Sequence record: OR352958.1
From: Escherichia phage AV128
Length of the DNA: 64,000 nucleotides
Direction: 5' to 3' (one strand)
Shown one piece after another: positions 44,129 through 53,840 of this stretch; position 1 is the first letter of the stretch, and each line of letters opens with the position of its first letter. The notes under the pieces were generated by a model. That model ran no database searches, was not told the origin of the DNA, and saw only the letters and a list, made by a program, of their open reading frames with translations. A program made the position numbers and the translations under genes.

Positions 44129-46309
44129 TCACCACTTCAAAGGTGTAGCAGTAAGGTTGTTTATGTCGTTGATATCATCTTGTTCAAGCACACGCTTAGT
44201 CTCAATCGCCGTGCTTCTTGGGTCTTGAGCGCCGTTGACGTTGATGACAACGTTTTTCTGACCCATAGTAATATCACGCCCACCAGGTCGACTATTCGCG
44301 GAAAGGTCGCCGCCGTATTTCTGGAATGCTTCAAGCTGGAATGCCGCAAGACGAGCATTCTTCATGGCTTCGGCCTGAATGTTCGGCCTTACACCTGGAG
44401 TTGAAGCCAGCTGCATGTTTTTAATATAATCCCTTTGCGTTCCAAGTTTAAGGTAAGTTTGAGCAAAGTCAATATCACCTTTGTTGACTTGTCCTTGCAT
44501 CAGCTGCTCAACTGGCACGTTGAGGTATCCTGCAATAGCTTCTTGCAGCTGTCTGTATTGCACCGTTTGGCGGGATTGGCCCTGTACTGGAGCGTAGCTG
44601 CCTTTTGGCGCTTCTACTCCGCTACCGCTAAGCACTGGAGTAACTGGTGCACCTTGCGGCGCTCCCGTGGCGTATTCTCCATTTGCCTGTCGTTCGAGAG
44701 CGGCCATCACCTTGCCAGGGTATGCGCGGGTGTTCTTTCCCCATCCGCTGCGGTCATATCCGCCGTGATACATAGTCAGCGCAAGATTCCAATCGCCATT
44801 GGCAGCAGTTAAATATTCCTTGAGAAGTTGAGCGCCGCCCATAATGTTTTGTCTTGGGTCGTTACCGTCTGTGATGCCAAGTCCCTTGAAGTTGGAAGGC
44901 ATTATTTGCATCAATCCGGTCGCGCCTGCTCCGCTTACGGCATTAGGGTTGAATCCAGATTCGACTTCTGTGACGGCCTTCATCATCGCAACAGGGATTC
45001 CATAACGCTTGGAGGCTTCCTCATAGATTGAGTCATATGCAGTCGGATTTCCTGACCCCAAGTTGTTACCTACGGTCGCACCAGTGCTTAGTGCTGGCGT
45101 GCCAGGCATTGCGGATTGGCCTGCGCTTCGTCCTATCTCACCAGCCCATGCAGCCCACGCTTGTCGCTCATCAATAACACCAGCAAAGGTTGAAACGGCG
45201 CTTGAAAACAGGTTTATATCGCGAGTGAAAAGTGCTTGCGCAGAACGTTGTTCAGCCGCGTTTTGCTCCTGGTTCCTCTGGCGTTTCACATCGCCGTCGG
45301 CCATCTGAGTGATCCATCTATCAACGGCACGCTCGTGACGCTCGTTAACAGCCGCCTGTTTATCGAACGGGTGTTTCAAATCAGCGATGAAATTGTCGAC
45401 AAATTCAGACCATCCATCAGACATCCTTTGGAACATCATCTGGAATCCTTCGACTGTATCGGCAGTCTTGCTGACAAGCGTCGAGAATGCAGGCATCACG
45501 TTCTCACCGATTACCAGTTCAATGCGTCGCCAGTCTTCTTGAATTTGGCCCATGCTGTTTCGTATCGTTTCAAGCGCAGCCTGCTGTCTTTGCAGCTTCG
45601 CCGTTTCTTCGTCGCTTATACGGGTGCTTTCTTTGACTGATTGATTTCGCTCACGAAGCGCACGGACTTCATCGGCGGTAAAACCTGCCAGAGCACCAAT
45701 AGCACGAGCGGTTTGCTCATTCACACTTCTCAGCTTTGTGCCAATTTCATCAAGCAGCTGGTTTGTGTCTTTGATGCCGCCGTTACTGTTGAAAGGACTG
45801 GTCCCCATCTTGTTCAGCAGCAAGTTATCCTTGTTCATCACATCGGGGTTGGTGTATGCGTTGAATGCGAGATTAGAAGCCTTGCTGATTAAATCCCTTG
45901 ACCCTTGCGCACCAAGAACTCCGCCTGAACTTTCATTCAATTGTCGCTGTAATTGCTCTACGCCAATTGGTGAAAGACCTGCTTCAAATCCAAGCTTCCT
46001 TTGCGCTTCGTATTCTTTTCGAACATCAACGATAGATTTGACTACGACAGCCAATCCTGCGACAACAGGGACGAGCGCGGCAAAGCGATAAGTAAGCCGC
46101 GCAAGGATTCCGTCAATAGACCCCAGTTCAGCTGTGAGAGGCTTCAACTCACCAAACACATCCTTGAATGCTCCAGTGAAGTCTTTGCCAGCGGACTTTG
46201 CCTTTTTGTTTGTCTGATCAACCTTATCTTGCAATTGCTCAAGACGATTGATGGACTCTTTCAAGTCCACCGTGTATTGAAGAACAAATTTTTCTAATGA
46301 GTCAGACAC
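44129..46309 (-). CDS. tape measure protein with lytic transglycosylase (SLT) domain
   Basis: N-terminal coiled coil; C-terminal GAGATGLMQIMPSNF SLT motif; 726 aa. Confidence 0.6.
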   Translation of the reverse strand: MSDSLEKFVLQYTVDLKESINRLEQLQDKVDQTNKKAKSAGKDFTGAFKDVFGELKPLTAELGSIDGILARLTYRFAALVPVVAGLAVVVKSIVDVRKEYEAQRKLGFEAGLSPIGVEQLQRQLNESSGGVLGAQGSRDLISKASNLAFNAYTNPDVMNKDNLLLNKMGTSPFNSNGGIKDTNQLLDEIGTKLRSVNEQTARAIGALAGFTADEVRALRERNQSVKESTRISDEETAKLQRQQAALETIRNSMGQIQEDWRRIELVIGENVMPAFSTLVSKTADTVEGFQMMFQRMSDGWSEFVDNFIADLKHPFDKQAAVNERHERAVDRWITQMADGDVKRQRNQEQNAAEQRSAQALFTRDINLFSSAVSTFAGVIDERQAWAAWAGEIGRSAGQSAMPGTPALSTGATVGNNLGSGNPTAYDSIYEEASKRYGIPVAMMKAVTEVESGFNPNAVSGAGATGLMQIMPSNFKGLGITDGNDPRQNIMGGAQLLKEYLTAANGDWNLALTMYHGGYDRSGWGKNTRAYPGKVMAALERQANGEYATGAPQGAPVTPVLSGSGVEAPKGSYAPVQGQSRQTVQYRQLQEAIAGYLNVPVEQLMQGQVNKGDIDFAQTYLKLGTQRDYIKNMQLASTPGVRPNIQAEAMKNARLAAFQLEAFQKYGGDLSANSRPGGRDITMGQKNVVINVNGAQDPRSTAIETKRVLEQDDINDINNLTATPLKW

Positions 46310-46312
46310 AGT

Positions 46313-46729
46313 TTACCCCTTGTTTGGAGTCTCGCCGCTGAGGAATGGCGCGATTAATCGCATCGATTCGCCAATAAATGCTGCAGCCATTTCGCCGCCA
46401 GCCTGTTCCCAGTATCCTTCACGTTCAGCGTGAGTCTCTGGGTTTATTCCGTTTTCCATCAACACCGCTTCGAAAACCAATTTCAAGTTTTCCCAGTCGC
46501 CAAGATGGTTGTCAATCAGTGCGCCAGTGCTCAGAGGAATTTCTTGCCCTACATCAAGTTCAACCTTTGCAAAGCTTAATACTTCCATTGTATATTCTGA
46601 ACGAAATGCAGGGTCCTTTGACATTGCAAATTCGATGAATCGGCGCTGTATGTTCCAACCTTCCATCGCAGTCATTTTGCTGATTTTAATTTCTACTTTG
46701 CGACCAGTTTGTTTATTGGTGATCTTCAT
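46313..46729 (-). CDS. tail assembly protein (chaperone candidate)
   Basis: 138-aa ORF directly upstream of tape measure. Confidence 0.35.
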   Translation of the reverse strand: MKITNKQTGRKVEIKISKMTAMEGWNIQRRFIEFAMSKDPAFRSEYTMEVLSFAKVELDVGQEIPLSTGALIDNHLGDWENLKLVFEAVLMENGINPETHAEREGYWEQAGGEMAAAFIGESMRLIAPFLSGETPNKG

Positions 46730-46730
46730 T

Positions 46731-47291
46731 TTATATTCCTACTGTTGATTTTATTTTATTATATAACGAACTCACAGTTGTAGTCAAACTGACTGGCTCT
46801 TTAATAGCCACGCCATTTGACGATTCATCTGCGGACTGTTTAGGGTCAAAGCTTCCCTGAATACTAAATGACGTCTGTTCAAATGTTATTACAATTGAGA
46901 CTCCATTCAGGTTTTCTTCTGACTGAGTTATTTCGACATCAGACATCGACATTTTGCTTGCAATTATGCTTCGAGAAGTTATTGAAAATGTAACTTCATC
47001 ATTGTCGAATGTATTAATTATGTTTTCAATAGTCGATTGGTCATTGCAAATTACGTTTAGCGCCATGTGCGCTGGCATTATTACTTTTGCCGCCTGTAAA
47101 TTGCTTACTGAGGATGTGCTTGATACTTCCACCACCTGCATCGCCGTTCCAGCAAGTGGAAATTGAGTAGTTTCTGCTGGTGATGTTATTTCTGCAGACA
47201 CTGGAGAAAGCTTTGTCCATACAGGAATCCCTGTTGACTCATTCGTTATGGTCAGAGATTGACCAGAGAGCAGAATCGAAACAAAGTCCAT
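46731..47291 (-). CDS. tail assembly/structural protein (186 aa)
   Basis: track ORF in tail cluster. Confidence 0.35.
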   Translation of the reverse strand: MDFVSILLSGQSLTITNESTGIPVWTKLSPVSAEITSPAETTQFPLAGTAMQVVEVSSTSSVSNLQAAKVIMPAHMALNVICNDQSTIENIINTFDNDEVTFSITSRSIIASKMSMSDVEITQSEENLNGVSIVITFEQTSFSIQGSFDPKQSADESSNGVAIKEPVSLTTTVSSLYNKIKSTVGI

Positions 47292-47824
47292 CAGAACATC
47301 CCCTTGATGCCATTCATCACCTTTGTTGCAACGCCAGTGACGCTGGCAGTAGTCTCTTTTATATAAGCGATGCCGCGCTCAATGACAGTGGAGTCGGCTG
47401 CTTGCGCTGTTTGAATAGACACATCCTGCTGTGTTAATATCTCATGGAAGACCAGTTGTATGGGTTGTGAGGTTATATTGTCAGCATCTTGGCTGAAATT
47501 GTTATTTTGCAGCACCATACGTTCAAAGATTAGCCCACGAGAATTTATTGTGTATATAGTGGACCTGTTCTGCAACATCTTTGCGATTGCGTCGGACGCG
47601 CTTTTTGTCTGCGCTATTACAGTCACAGTCAATATTCTAGGCATTTTGACTCTGCCATCGACAATATAGCTTCCATCTTCCCTTTGGTTCTTGAATATCT
47701 TTGCTTGGAGTCTTATTTTAACGTTAACAATCGCCCAACCAAGCGTTGACACTTCCCCAAGGTTGAAGCTTCTTATTGTGAAGCTTCTGTTGGAAAGACT
47801 ATATGACAATAAATCGATAGCCAT
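47291..47824 (-). CDS. tail structural protein (177 aa)
   Basis: track ORF in tail cluster. Confidence 0.4.
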   Translation of the reverse strand: MAIDLLSYSLSNRSFTIRSFNLGEVSTLGWAIVNVKIRLQAKIFKNQREDGSYIVDGRVKMPRILTVTVIAQTKSASDAIAKMLQNRSTIYTINSRGLIFERMVLQNNNFSQDADNITSQPIQLVFHEILTQQDVSIQTAQAADSTVIERGIAYIKETTASVTGVATKVMNGIKGMF

Positions 47825-48321
47825 TAAATTGACCCCAATATGCTCTGCACCACGCCTTTTGCAATTTGCGATGTGCTCTGTGCGCCGCCGTAGCTGGCAA
47901 ACACGAATGTGTATCTGTTTGTCTTACGACGACCGGACTGCTCAATGGAGTCGCCAAGCGGACCGCTGATGATGGTCCCGTTCGAAAATGCTACTCTGCC
48001 GCCATCAGGATATGTAATAAGCATTGATGTGACATCCTGTATAGGAAGCCACTTGAATCCGCCTTTACGAGCGGAAAGCAAAAGCTTTAGGTTTATGTCA
48101 TCTTCAGTGTTTGGGATCACCGCAATGGATACGCGAACGACGGCGGCCTTGTCATAAATACAAATGCCGCCGTCGTAAGTAAGTTGATAGCCTACTGATT
48201 CAACTTCCTCAATAATTAGCGAATCCTGGTCATCAGACAAAGAACTGATATTCAGCCCAACAGGGAAAGATTGGAGAGCGACAATTCTAATGCTTGTGCC
48301 AAATCCACTAATATTGACCAT
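47824..48321 (-). CDS. tail tube-like protein, paralog 2
   Basis: paralog of 49272..49739 (MVNISGFGTSIRIVA vs MINVSGFGASIRLVA and downstream blocks). Confidence 0.45.
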   Translation of the reverse strand: MVNISGFGTSIRIVALQSFPVGLNISSLSDDQDSLIIEEVESVGYQLTYDGGICIYDKAAVVRVSIAVIPNTEDDINLKLLLSARKGGFKWLPIQDVTSMLITYPDGGRVAFSNGTIISGPLGDSIEQSGRRKTNRYTFVFASYGGAQSTSQIAKGVVQSILGSI

Positions 48322-48323
48322 GT

Positions 48324-48590
48324 TTACTCCGCAGATGCAGATTTAACTGCCGCAAGAATTTCATCCTTATAAGAAAGACCTTTAATGTCAATCTCATGTT
48401 CCTTTGCATAAGCCTTCAATTCAGAGACGCTCATTGAATCAAAATCAACTTTTGACTCTACTGTCTTCTCTTCTACCTGTTCTTTCTTCTCCGCAACAGG
48501 GTTTGAAGTCTTTTTGAATAATTCCGATGCGTCTTCAAATTTTTCGCCAAATTTCATGACGCCATTAGCAAAATGAATTACTTGTGCCAT
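48324..48590 (-). CDS. hypothetical virion-module protein (88 aa)
   Basis: C-terminal SVSELKAYAKEHEIDIKGL resembles a SAP/HeH helix-hairpin motif. Confidence 0.4.
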   Translation of the reverse strand: MAQVIHFANGVMKFGEKFEDASELFKKTSNPVAEKKEQVEEKTVESKVDFDSMSVSELKAYAKEHEIDIKGLSYKDEILAAVKSASAE

Positions 48591-48946
48591 TATTGATTAC
48601 TCACCTTTATACGTTCGCCATAAATAGTCACCACTTCAGCGGTGAATCCAAGAATACCGTTTTGGATGGTGACAGTCAATGAGTCGATTCCGGCAACGTC
48701 TGCTTTCTTCAGAATAGCATCTGCAATCGACTTTCTCGCACCGTCTTCATCAACGGGCGATTTGAAAACAGTGCCCAAATAATCGACTCCGTTTTCAACA
48801 TCGTACAAGTCTTCACCAAGTCGCATTTGATGCGCCGCCTTGATAACTTGTACCATGGCCTTTTCTCCTGACAGAATATTCAAATTTCTTCCATCAGGCA
48901 GAAACAGGTCATTGTTATCATTAACTTCAATCGTTAGAGTTGTCAA
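48590..48946 (-). CDS. hypothetical tail-module protein (118 aa)
   Basis: track ORF. Confidence 0.4.
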   Translation of the reverse strand: MTTLTIEVNDNNDLFLPDGRNLNILSGEKAMVQVIKAAHQMRLGEDLYDVENGVDYLGTVFKSPVDEDGARKSIADAILKKADVAGIDSLTVTIQNGILGFTAEVVTIYGERIKVSNQ

Positions 48947-49272
48947 ATTGCAAACTCCGCTTCAGCAGTTTTCTGGAATTCAGCCAACTCAGATTCTGAC
49001 ATGTAATATAAATTACAGCCGCCAGAGTTAAAATGCTCATAATCGGGTACGCTGTCAAAAATAAAGTTGCCGTACCCAATCATGAGATATTTATAAGGCA
49101 CCATTGGTATACCACCAAAACAACGTACCCCCTGAATCAACAATTCGCCATTGCGGTAAACATCTGCGCACATGTGCTCAATTGCGGCGAATATGTGCAG
49201 CTGCCAATAAGCACCGTCAACGTTAAAGCTGATATTCTGGTTAGGTACGCTGTCAAGTGGTATTTGATACAT
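48943..49272 (-). CDS. hypothetical tail-module protein (109 aa)
   Basis: track ORF. Confidence 0.4.
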   Translation of the reverse strand: MYQIPLDSVPNQNISFNVDGAYWQLHIFAAIEHMCADVYRNGELLIQGVRCFGGIPMVPYKYLMIGYGNFIFDSVPDYEHFNSGGCNLYYMSESELAEFQKTAEAEFAI

Positions 49273-49739
49273 TATAAAATCTCTTGGTTGCTCACGCCAG
49301 TTTTGACTACGTTCTCAAACTTAAAGCGATATTGACGTGTTTTTACACGACCCTGAGACTGGATGCCAGGAATCACTGAACCAGTCGTCAAAGTTCCCTT
49401 GTTCAGTGTGATTACCATGCCAGAAGGGTAGGTCAGAATAAGGGTGATCACGTCTTTCGCAGAGTTCTTGCGCTTGCCTACACGGTTAGCCGCTGCCAGA
49501 ACATCTAAGTTTACATCGCTTTCAGAAGTAGGGATGATGTTGACGCCTACTTCAAGAGGGTTGGCACGGTTCCAGACTACCAAGTCACCGTTCAATCCCA
49601 TTGCCGCTTCAGAGATTTGAAGATCAGGCGCGTCAATCGGATCAGCATCATCTGCGAAATCAGAAAGAGTTACACCATTTGGAAAAGTGTTTGATGCCAC
49701 TAAACGAATCGAAGCGCCAAAACCGGAAACGTTAATCAT
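49272..49739 (-). CDS. tail tube protein
   Basis: 155 aa, immediately downstream of sheath gene; paralog of 47824..48321. Confidence 0.5.
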   Translation of the reverse strand: MINVSGFGASIRLVASNTFPNGVTLSDFADDADPIDAPDLQISEAAMGLNGDLVVWNRANPLEVGVNIIPTSESDVNLDVLAAANRVGKRKNSAKDVITLILTYPSGMVITLNKGTLTTGSVIPGIQSQGRVKTRQYRFKFENVVKTGVSNQEIL

Positions 49740-49762
49740 TACAGATTCCTCTCAGAGAGATG

Positions 49763-49780
49763 GCCGCCAGTTACGGCGGC
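49763..49780 (-). promoter_or_regulatory. sheath-tube intergenic RNA stem-loop
   Basis: GCCGCC-6nt-GGCGGC between sheath stop and tube RBS. Confidence 0.3.
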
Positions 49781-49786
49781 AATTAT

Positions 49787-51325
49787 TTAGATAAGAACGT
49801 CACGACCTTCAACGCGACGCACAGCATCATCTTTAGAGTAGATTAGCGTGTATGTTGCATAGTATTCGGTGCGCCCATCGGAAGTGGTTTCAGTATCAAA
49901 ATCTACAGTCAGCCAGTAACCGATAGTTTCAACCTGCCGCCAAGCAGTGTTGTCACCGGAAGTTTGCGTGATGTATTGTTTCTGAATCTCAGTCAGCGCC
50001 TTGCCAACAGAGATGGTGCCGTTAACCTTCGCATTGTCAACAGCAACTTGAATCATGGCTTGTACAGTCGCTTTACCTTCTTCGTTTGCAGGCACGCGAC
50101 CAAGATTCAAGAACATGCTGAACAGCTGAGAAGTGATAGCAGATTTAAGCCACATCTCATTGGCATAAGTATTCATGTCAACTGCTGCGGTAGACCCGCC
50201 CATCAATACGCCGCGCTGGAAGAATGCCAAGGTTTGTCCGGCCTGCTGAGTTGCACCGATGTAGTTAGCACGGTTTTGATCAGCAGTATCTGCGCGAGAG
50301 TCAGTTGAAACAGTCACGTTGCGAGTATCAAACTGATAATACATGTAGTTTTGAGTCGCATTCACAGTATTATAGTTCGTCGCCGCGAGGATTTCAGCAG
50401 GTGCTTGGTCGATGTAATCGTTTGCAAGGTTAGTGGCGCGAATCATCATGCCAACGCCTGAGTACCCTTTCAGAGCGGTGTAGTATGACCCGATATTAGC
50501 GAACGAAGTCGAGAATAAATACATGTACATATTATTCTGCGAATGATTCCACGCTGCCACAGCGGTAATTTCTTCCAGAGTTCGGTCAGCCCCAGCAAAA
50601 AGGAATGAGCCGAAGTTGTTGGAGATTTCCACAGATGCTGCGATTGCTTCTACCGGACTTGAAACGCCCTGGCCTGCAACGGTTACGGTGCCAGTGGTGG
50701 TCCAACCCAATGCTTGAGACGGGTCGGTCGGTTGGCCTGTGACGTTGATAGACAGGTTGCCTGCGCCAGCGGTCGACGGCGCTGCTTCCAGCGTGAACTG
50801 CTGAGTATTAGCGTTCCAATACACTTCTGCATCAGCAAGTGCAGGCACCGACGTGCCACCTTCTGCTGCAAATTTAGTATTGATTGCCGTTTCCAGAAGT
50901 TCAGCCACATTCGCCAGACTTGTTGCCGCTGAAAGGTTAATTGCGTCAGTCAGGTAGTCTGTGCCATCATAAGTGATGCTTAAAATAGCGCCAGTGAATG
51001 ATTGAAATGTAGCAAGCACTTTAGGCTCAGTATCACCGATGACCATTGCTGGAATCGCAGTTGAAACAATACGCGAGAAGCTGATTGAATCAGGCGAGTT
51101 TATTTGCTTGCTGATGAATCCAAAATATAATGCTGCGCGCTTATATTCTTCGGAAGAATAACCGAAATATGATCCAACAGCATCAGCCGTTGAAAATTCT
51201 GCTACAATGCCCGGCGGCAGAACTGTATTAGAAGTCATGACGCGAAGCGACAGTTTGCGAACTGCAACAGCCGCGCCTGCTCCGACCCCTGATACAATTT
51301 TAATATAACGAGATTGACTGATCAC
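49787..51325 (-). CDS. tail sheath protein
   Basis: 512 aa; position upstream of tube; C-terminal YTLIYSKDDAVRRVEGRDVLI-type tail. Confidence 0.6.
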   Translation of the reverse strand: MISQSRYIKIVSGVGAGAAVAVRKLSLRVMTSNTVLPPGIVAEFSTADAVGSYFGYSSEEYKRAALYFGFISKQINSPDSISFSRIVSTAIPAMVIGDTEPKVLATFQSFTGAILSITYDGTDYLTDAINLSAATSLANVAELLETAINTKFAAEGGTSVPALADAEVYWNANTQQFTLEAAPSTAGAGNLSINVTGQPTDPSQALGWTTTGTVTVAGQGVSSPVEAIAASVEISNNFGSFLFAGADRTLEEITAVAAWNHSQNNMYMYLFSTSFANIGSYYTALKGYSGVGMMIRATNLANDYIDQAPAEILAATNYNTVNATQNYMYYQFDTRNVTVSTDSRADTADQNRANYIGATQQAGQTLAFFQRGVLMGGSTAAVDMNTYANEMWLKSAITSQLFSMFLNLGRVPANEEGKATVQAMIQVAVDNAKVNGTISVGKALTEIQKQYITQTSGDNTAWRQVETIGYWLTVDFDTETTSDGRTEYYATYTLIYSKDDAVRRVEGRDVLI

Positions 51326-51337
51326 GTCGGTGTCCTC

Positions 51338-51823
51338 TTATTTAATGACTTGGCTGCTGACAGATTGCCACATGAGGCTAGTGTGAATCAAAGGCTTGTC
51401 GAATCCCTTCACACGTACAGTATATCTGGCATTTGGTTGCCACGGTCCGTTTTTAATTGATTCGACAATCTTTGCTTCCATCGCAAGCCCAATTTGACCT
51501 AATGCCTGTCTAGCGTCTATTTTACCGGAAAAAATCTTTTTAGCAATTTTATTCTCTATTTCACTGCGCTCACTAACGAATAATTCATAGGCATATCTCA
51601 TGAATGGTCTGGGTGGAACTTCTACCCTGACTGGCCCTTGTCCAAAGTTCAAAACGGCTATGTGACCAAATTCATTAAGCCGCGCGACTTCTGACACCAA
51701 CATTCCTTCTCCACCAGTTTCTGAAGGGTATCTGGTTGAATCAAACCATCCTGCCTCAACAGTAAGACCCTTCATAGATTGAAGTGCCTTAATCTGTTTT
51801 TCTATCATTTTTGATTTTGTCAT
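51338..51823 (-). CDS. neck/tail completion protein (hypothetical)
   Basis: track ORF trimmed to internal ATG to avoid overlap with upstream gene. Confidence 0.35.
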   Translation of the reverse strand: MTKSKMIEKQIKALQSMKGLTVEAGWFDSTRYPSETGGEGMLVSEVARLNEFGHIAVLNFGQGPVRVEVPPRPFMRYAYELFVSERSEIENKIAKKIFSGKIDARQALGQIGLAMEAKIVESIKNGPWQPNARYTVRVKGFDKPLIHTSLMWQSVSSQVIK

Positions 51824-51824
51824 A

Positions 51825-52406
51825 TTACACCGGAACGTCACCCAAGTCATTATTAACAGCTCTTGCAACTGCAGGAGTATCAATTGAAATTGCGTTTCTG
51901 TGAAGTATTACTAAATCAAAAGAAGGGAATGATTCAAATTGCGACATGTCATCATAAAACTTTTCATTATTATTCATGTCGATTCGATACACTGAAGCTT
52001 GGTGCTTTTTGAACCAATCTCTCAGATTAGCCTTATGAGTTATGAATCTTGCCAAATAAGTCAACACGTCATTAGCAGTAGGCTTTTCTGGATTGCCAGG
52101 AACTTCTGGAAATAAGCCGCTGATTTGAAAACGTGTAGCGTATATTTGATCTTCAATATCTTTGAATTTTCCGTTTACAAATTGAGACTCATCATTGACA
52201 AATTCACTTTTCCTCATGGACCATCCAAACGGAACTGAGAATAAAAGGTTAAACCAAATTTGGTCACCAGTCGGAATACCCTGTTGAGTCGGTTGATACT
52301 TTTTCTGGACCGGAACAGCAGAAAGGTCTGCACGACTATACGCCGCCAGACCTTCTTCAATTCGCGTTGCCAGCATGTCAATCAGGTCGACATCTGTCAT
52401 ATACAC
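51825..52406 (-). CDS. head-tail joining protein (hypothetical)
   Basis: track ORF between capsid and sheath modules. Confidence 0.4.
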   Translation of the reverse strand: MYMTDVDLIDMLATRIEEGLAAYSRADLSAVPVQKKYQPTQQGIPTGDQIWFNLLFSVPFGWSMRKSEFVNDESQFVNGKFKDIEDQIYATRFQISGLFPEVPGNPEKPTANDVLTYLARFITHKANLRDWFKKHQASVYRIDMNNNEKFYDDMSQFESFPSFDLVILHRNAISIDTPAVARAVNNDLGDVPV

Positions 52407-52407
52407 C

Positions 52408-52794
52408 TCAAGTAGACACTGGAAAGCTTTGTTTTACTTCCACGGCAAGGCAAGTCGTCCAACCATCTTGGTCAAACCATGTCGTTTCATCTTCCATTTT
52501 ATACGTTTTCCCACCAAACACAAAATAGTCGCCGGAAGCGTCGCGGTCAAGGTCAACAATGTCTTTGTCTACCCAGATTTTGACATAGTTCTTTTGAAGC
52601 TCTAACCCAAGCTCGACGTATTGATTTCGAAGTACAGCCTGCACCGAAGCAAGCAGGGTGATTGGTTCTTCATAAGTGGTAACATAGTTGCGCATCTTAT
52701 CAAGAGTACGCCCCTTGTACATGTAATATTGAATCGGTTGGCGACCGATGACCTTTGTCGCAACTCGATATAAGTTTACGCCAGGAATCCTCAC
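52408..52794 (-). CDS. head-tail joining protein (hypothetical)
   Basis: track ORF. Confidence 0.4.
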   Translation of the reverse strand: MRIPGVNLYRVATKVIGRQPIQYYMYKGRTLDKMRNYVTTYEEPITLLASVQAVLRNQYVELGLELQKNYVKIWVDKDIVDLDRDASGDYFVFGGKTYKMEDETTWFDQDGWTTCLAVEVKQSFPVST

Positions 52795-53255
52795 CAGAAC
52801 ACCCCGCCAATTTTACGAAATCCTTCGCGCTCTGGAAGCCCACCGAATGACAAGCCGCCAACGGCCAGTGCTTGAAGAAGCGCCCACAACGCCATGCCAT
52901 AAGGAGTGCTTGAAAGCCAGTATTCCCAACCATCACTCGCAGGCGGCGCTACCTTATTCACGGTGATGTCACCGATTGTTGCACCAGTCACGAAGCCGCC
53001 TTGTTCAACTCCGTCACCAGAAGACACAGACACCTGTTGGTCTGCGGCTATGCATAAAAGATGAGCCGTCATATATTCCAATGCCAGCTCCAATTTACTG
53101 CCATTTAAAACACGACAAGGACTGTCTTGTGATTCAATAAATTCACATGCCATGTCATAGAATACTTGAAGCGTTGCGTCAGGGAATTTTACCTGATCAG
53201 CAAACTGTGGAAATTTTATTCTGAACTTTTCGTAATCTAATGACATGGCATTCAC
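52791..53255 (-). CDS. head completion protein (hypothetical)
   Basis: track ORF. Confidence 0.4.
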   Translation of the reverse strand: MNAMSLDYEKFRIKFPQFADQVKFPDATLQVFYDMACEFIESQDSPCRVLNGSKLELALEYMTAHLLCIAADQQVSVSSGDGVEQGGFVTGATIGDITVNKVAPPASDGWEYWLSSTPYGMALWALLQALAVGGLSFGGLPEREGFRKIGGVFW

Positions 53256-53260
53256 CTTAT

Positions 53261-53725
53261 TTAAACGCGGAACAAATCATCTTCTTGTTCGCCGCTCAAT
53301 TTAACCTTGATGCGCTTGTCAGCCGTCTCACGCGTCATAGGTGCGAACGGGTCATCTGACATGCCGCGCACTTCTTTAGCGACAGCTTTGTGATTGCCAA
53401 CGATGTCGTGGTTAACCACTTTAACCAGACCTTTTTCAAGGTGCTGCTTGAATACGTGATGATCTTTTAAATGTTCAAAATCAGCATCGCTTACAACGGT
53501 GACGATTCCTTCAGGAGTCCACAAAGGTGCACCATCAGCGCCTTTTGCCATTTCACCAAAGCCGGAAGTTGCCGAAGTAAGACCAGCACCGCCCTTGATC
53601 AGAATCTGTTTGCGAATATTTGGAAGAGCGCCTGAACCAGCTTTTGCATTCGGGTTTTCTTTCACTTCCGTATAGAAAGTGTAGTTGACTGACATAGACA
53701 TAGTTGAAACGATGTATTTTGGCAT
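53261..53725 (-). CDS. virion protein (154 aa), hypothetical
   Basis: track ORF immediately downstream of capsid gene. Confidence 0.4.
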   Translation of the reverse strand: MPKYIVSTMSMSVNYTFYTEVKENPNAKAGSGALPNIRKQILIKGGAGLTSATSGFGEMAKGADGAPLWTPEGIVTVVSDADFEHLKDHHVFKQHLEKGLVKVVNHDIVGNHKAVAKEVRGMSDDPFAPMTRETADKRIKVKLSGEQEDDLFRV

Positions 53726-53787
53726 TTTGTAGTCCTATTTATATAAGCCTCAGATAAGCCCCTACAGCCCTTGAGGTCTATTGATAT

Positions 53788-53813
53788 GGGGCGAAGCCTT
53801 TCGACCACGCCCC
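53788..53813 (-). promoter_or_regulatory. RNA stem-loop downstream of capsid gene
   Basis: GGGGCG...CGCCCC inverted repeat in the 115-nt gap after the capsid stop. Confidence 0.3.
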
Positions 53814-53840
53814 ATGTGTTTTACTGTGTAATCACAGCAA

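Noticed and set aside
46313-47291. Programmed frameshift in tail assembly chaperone genes upstream of the tape measure
   Set aside because: The two ORFs are separate with their own starts, and the second is in the +1 rather than -1 frame relative to the first; no slippery heptamer identified by eye. Not excluded, but unsupported.
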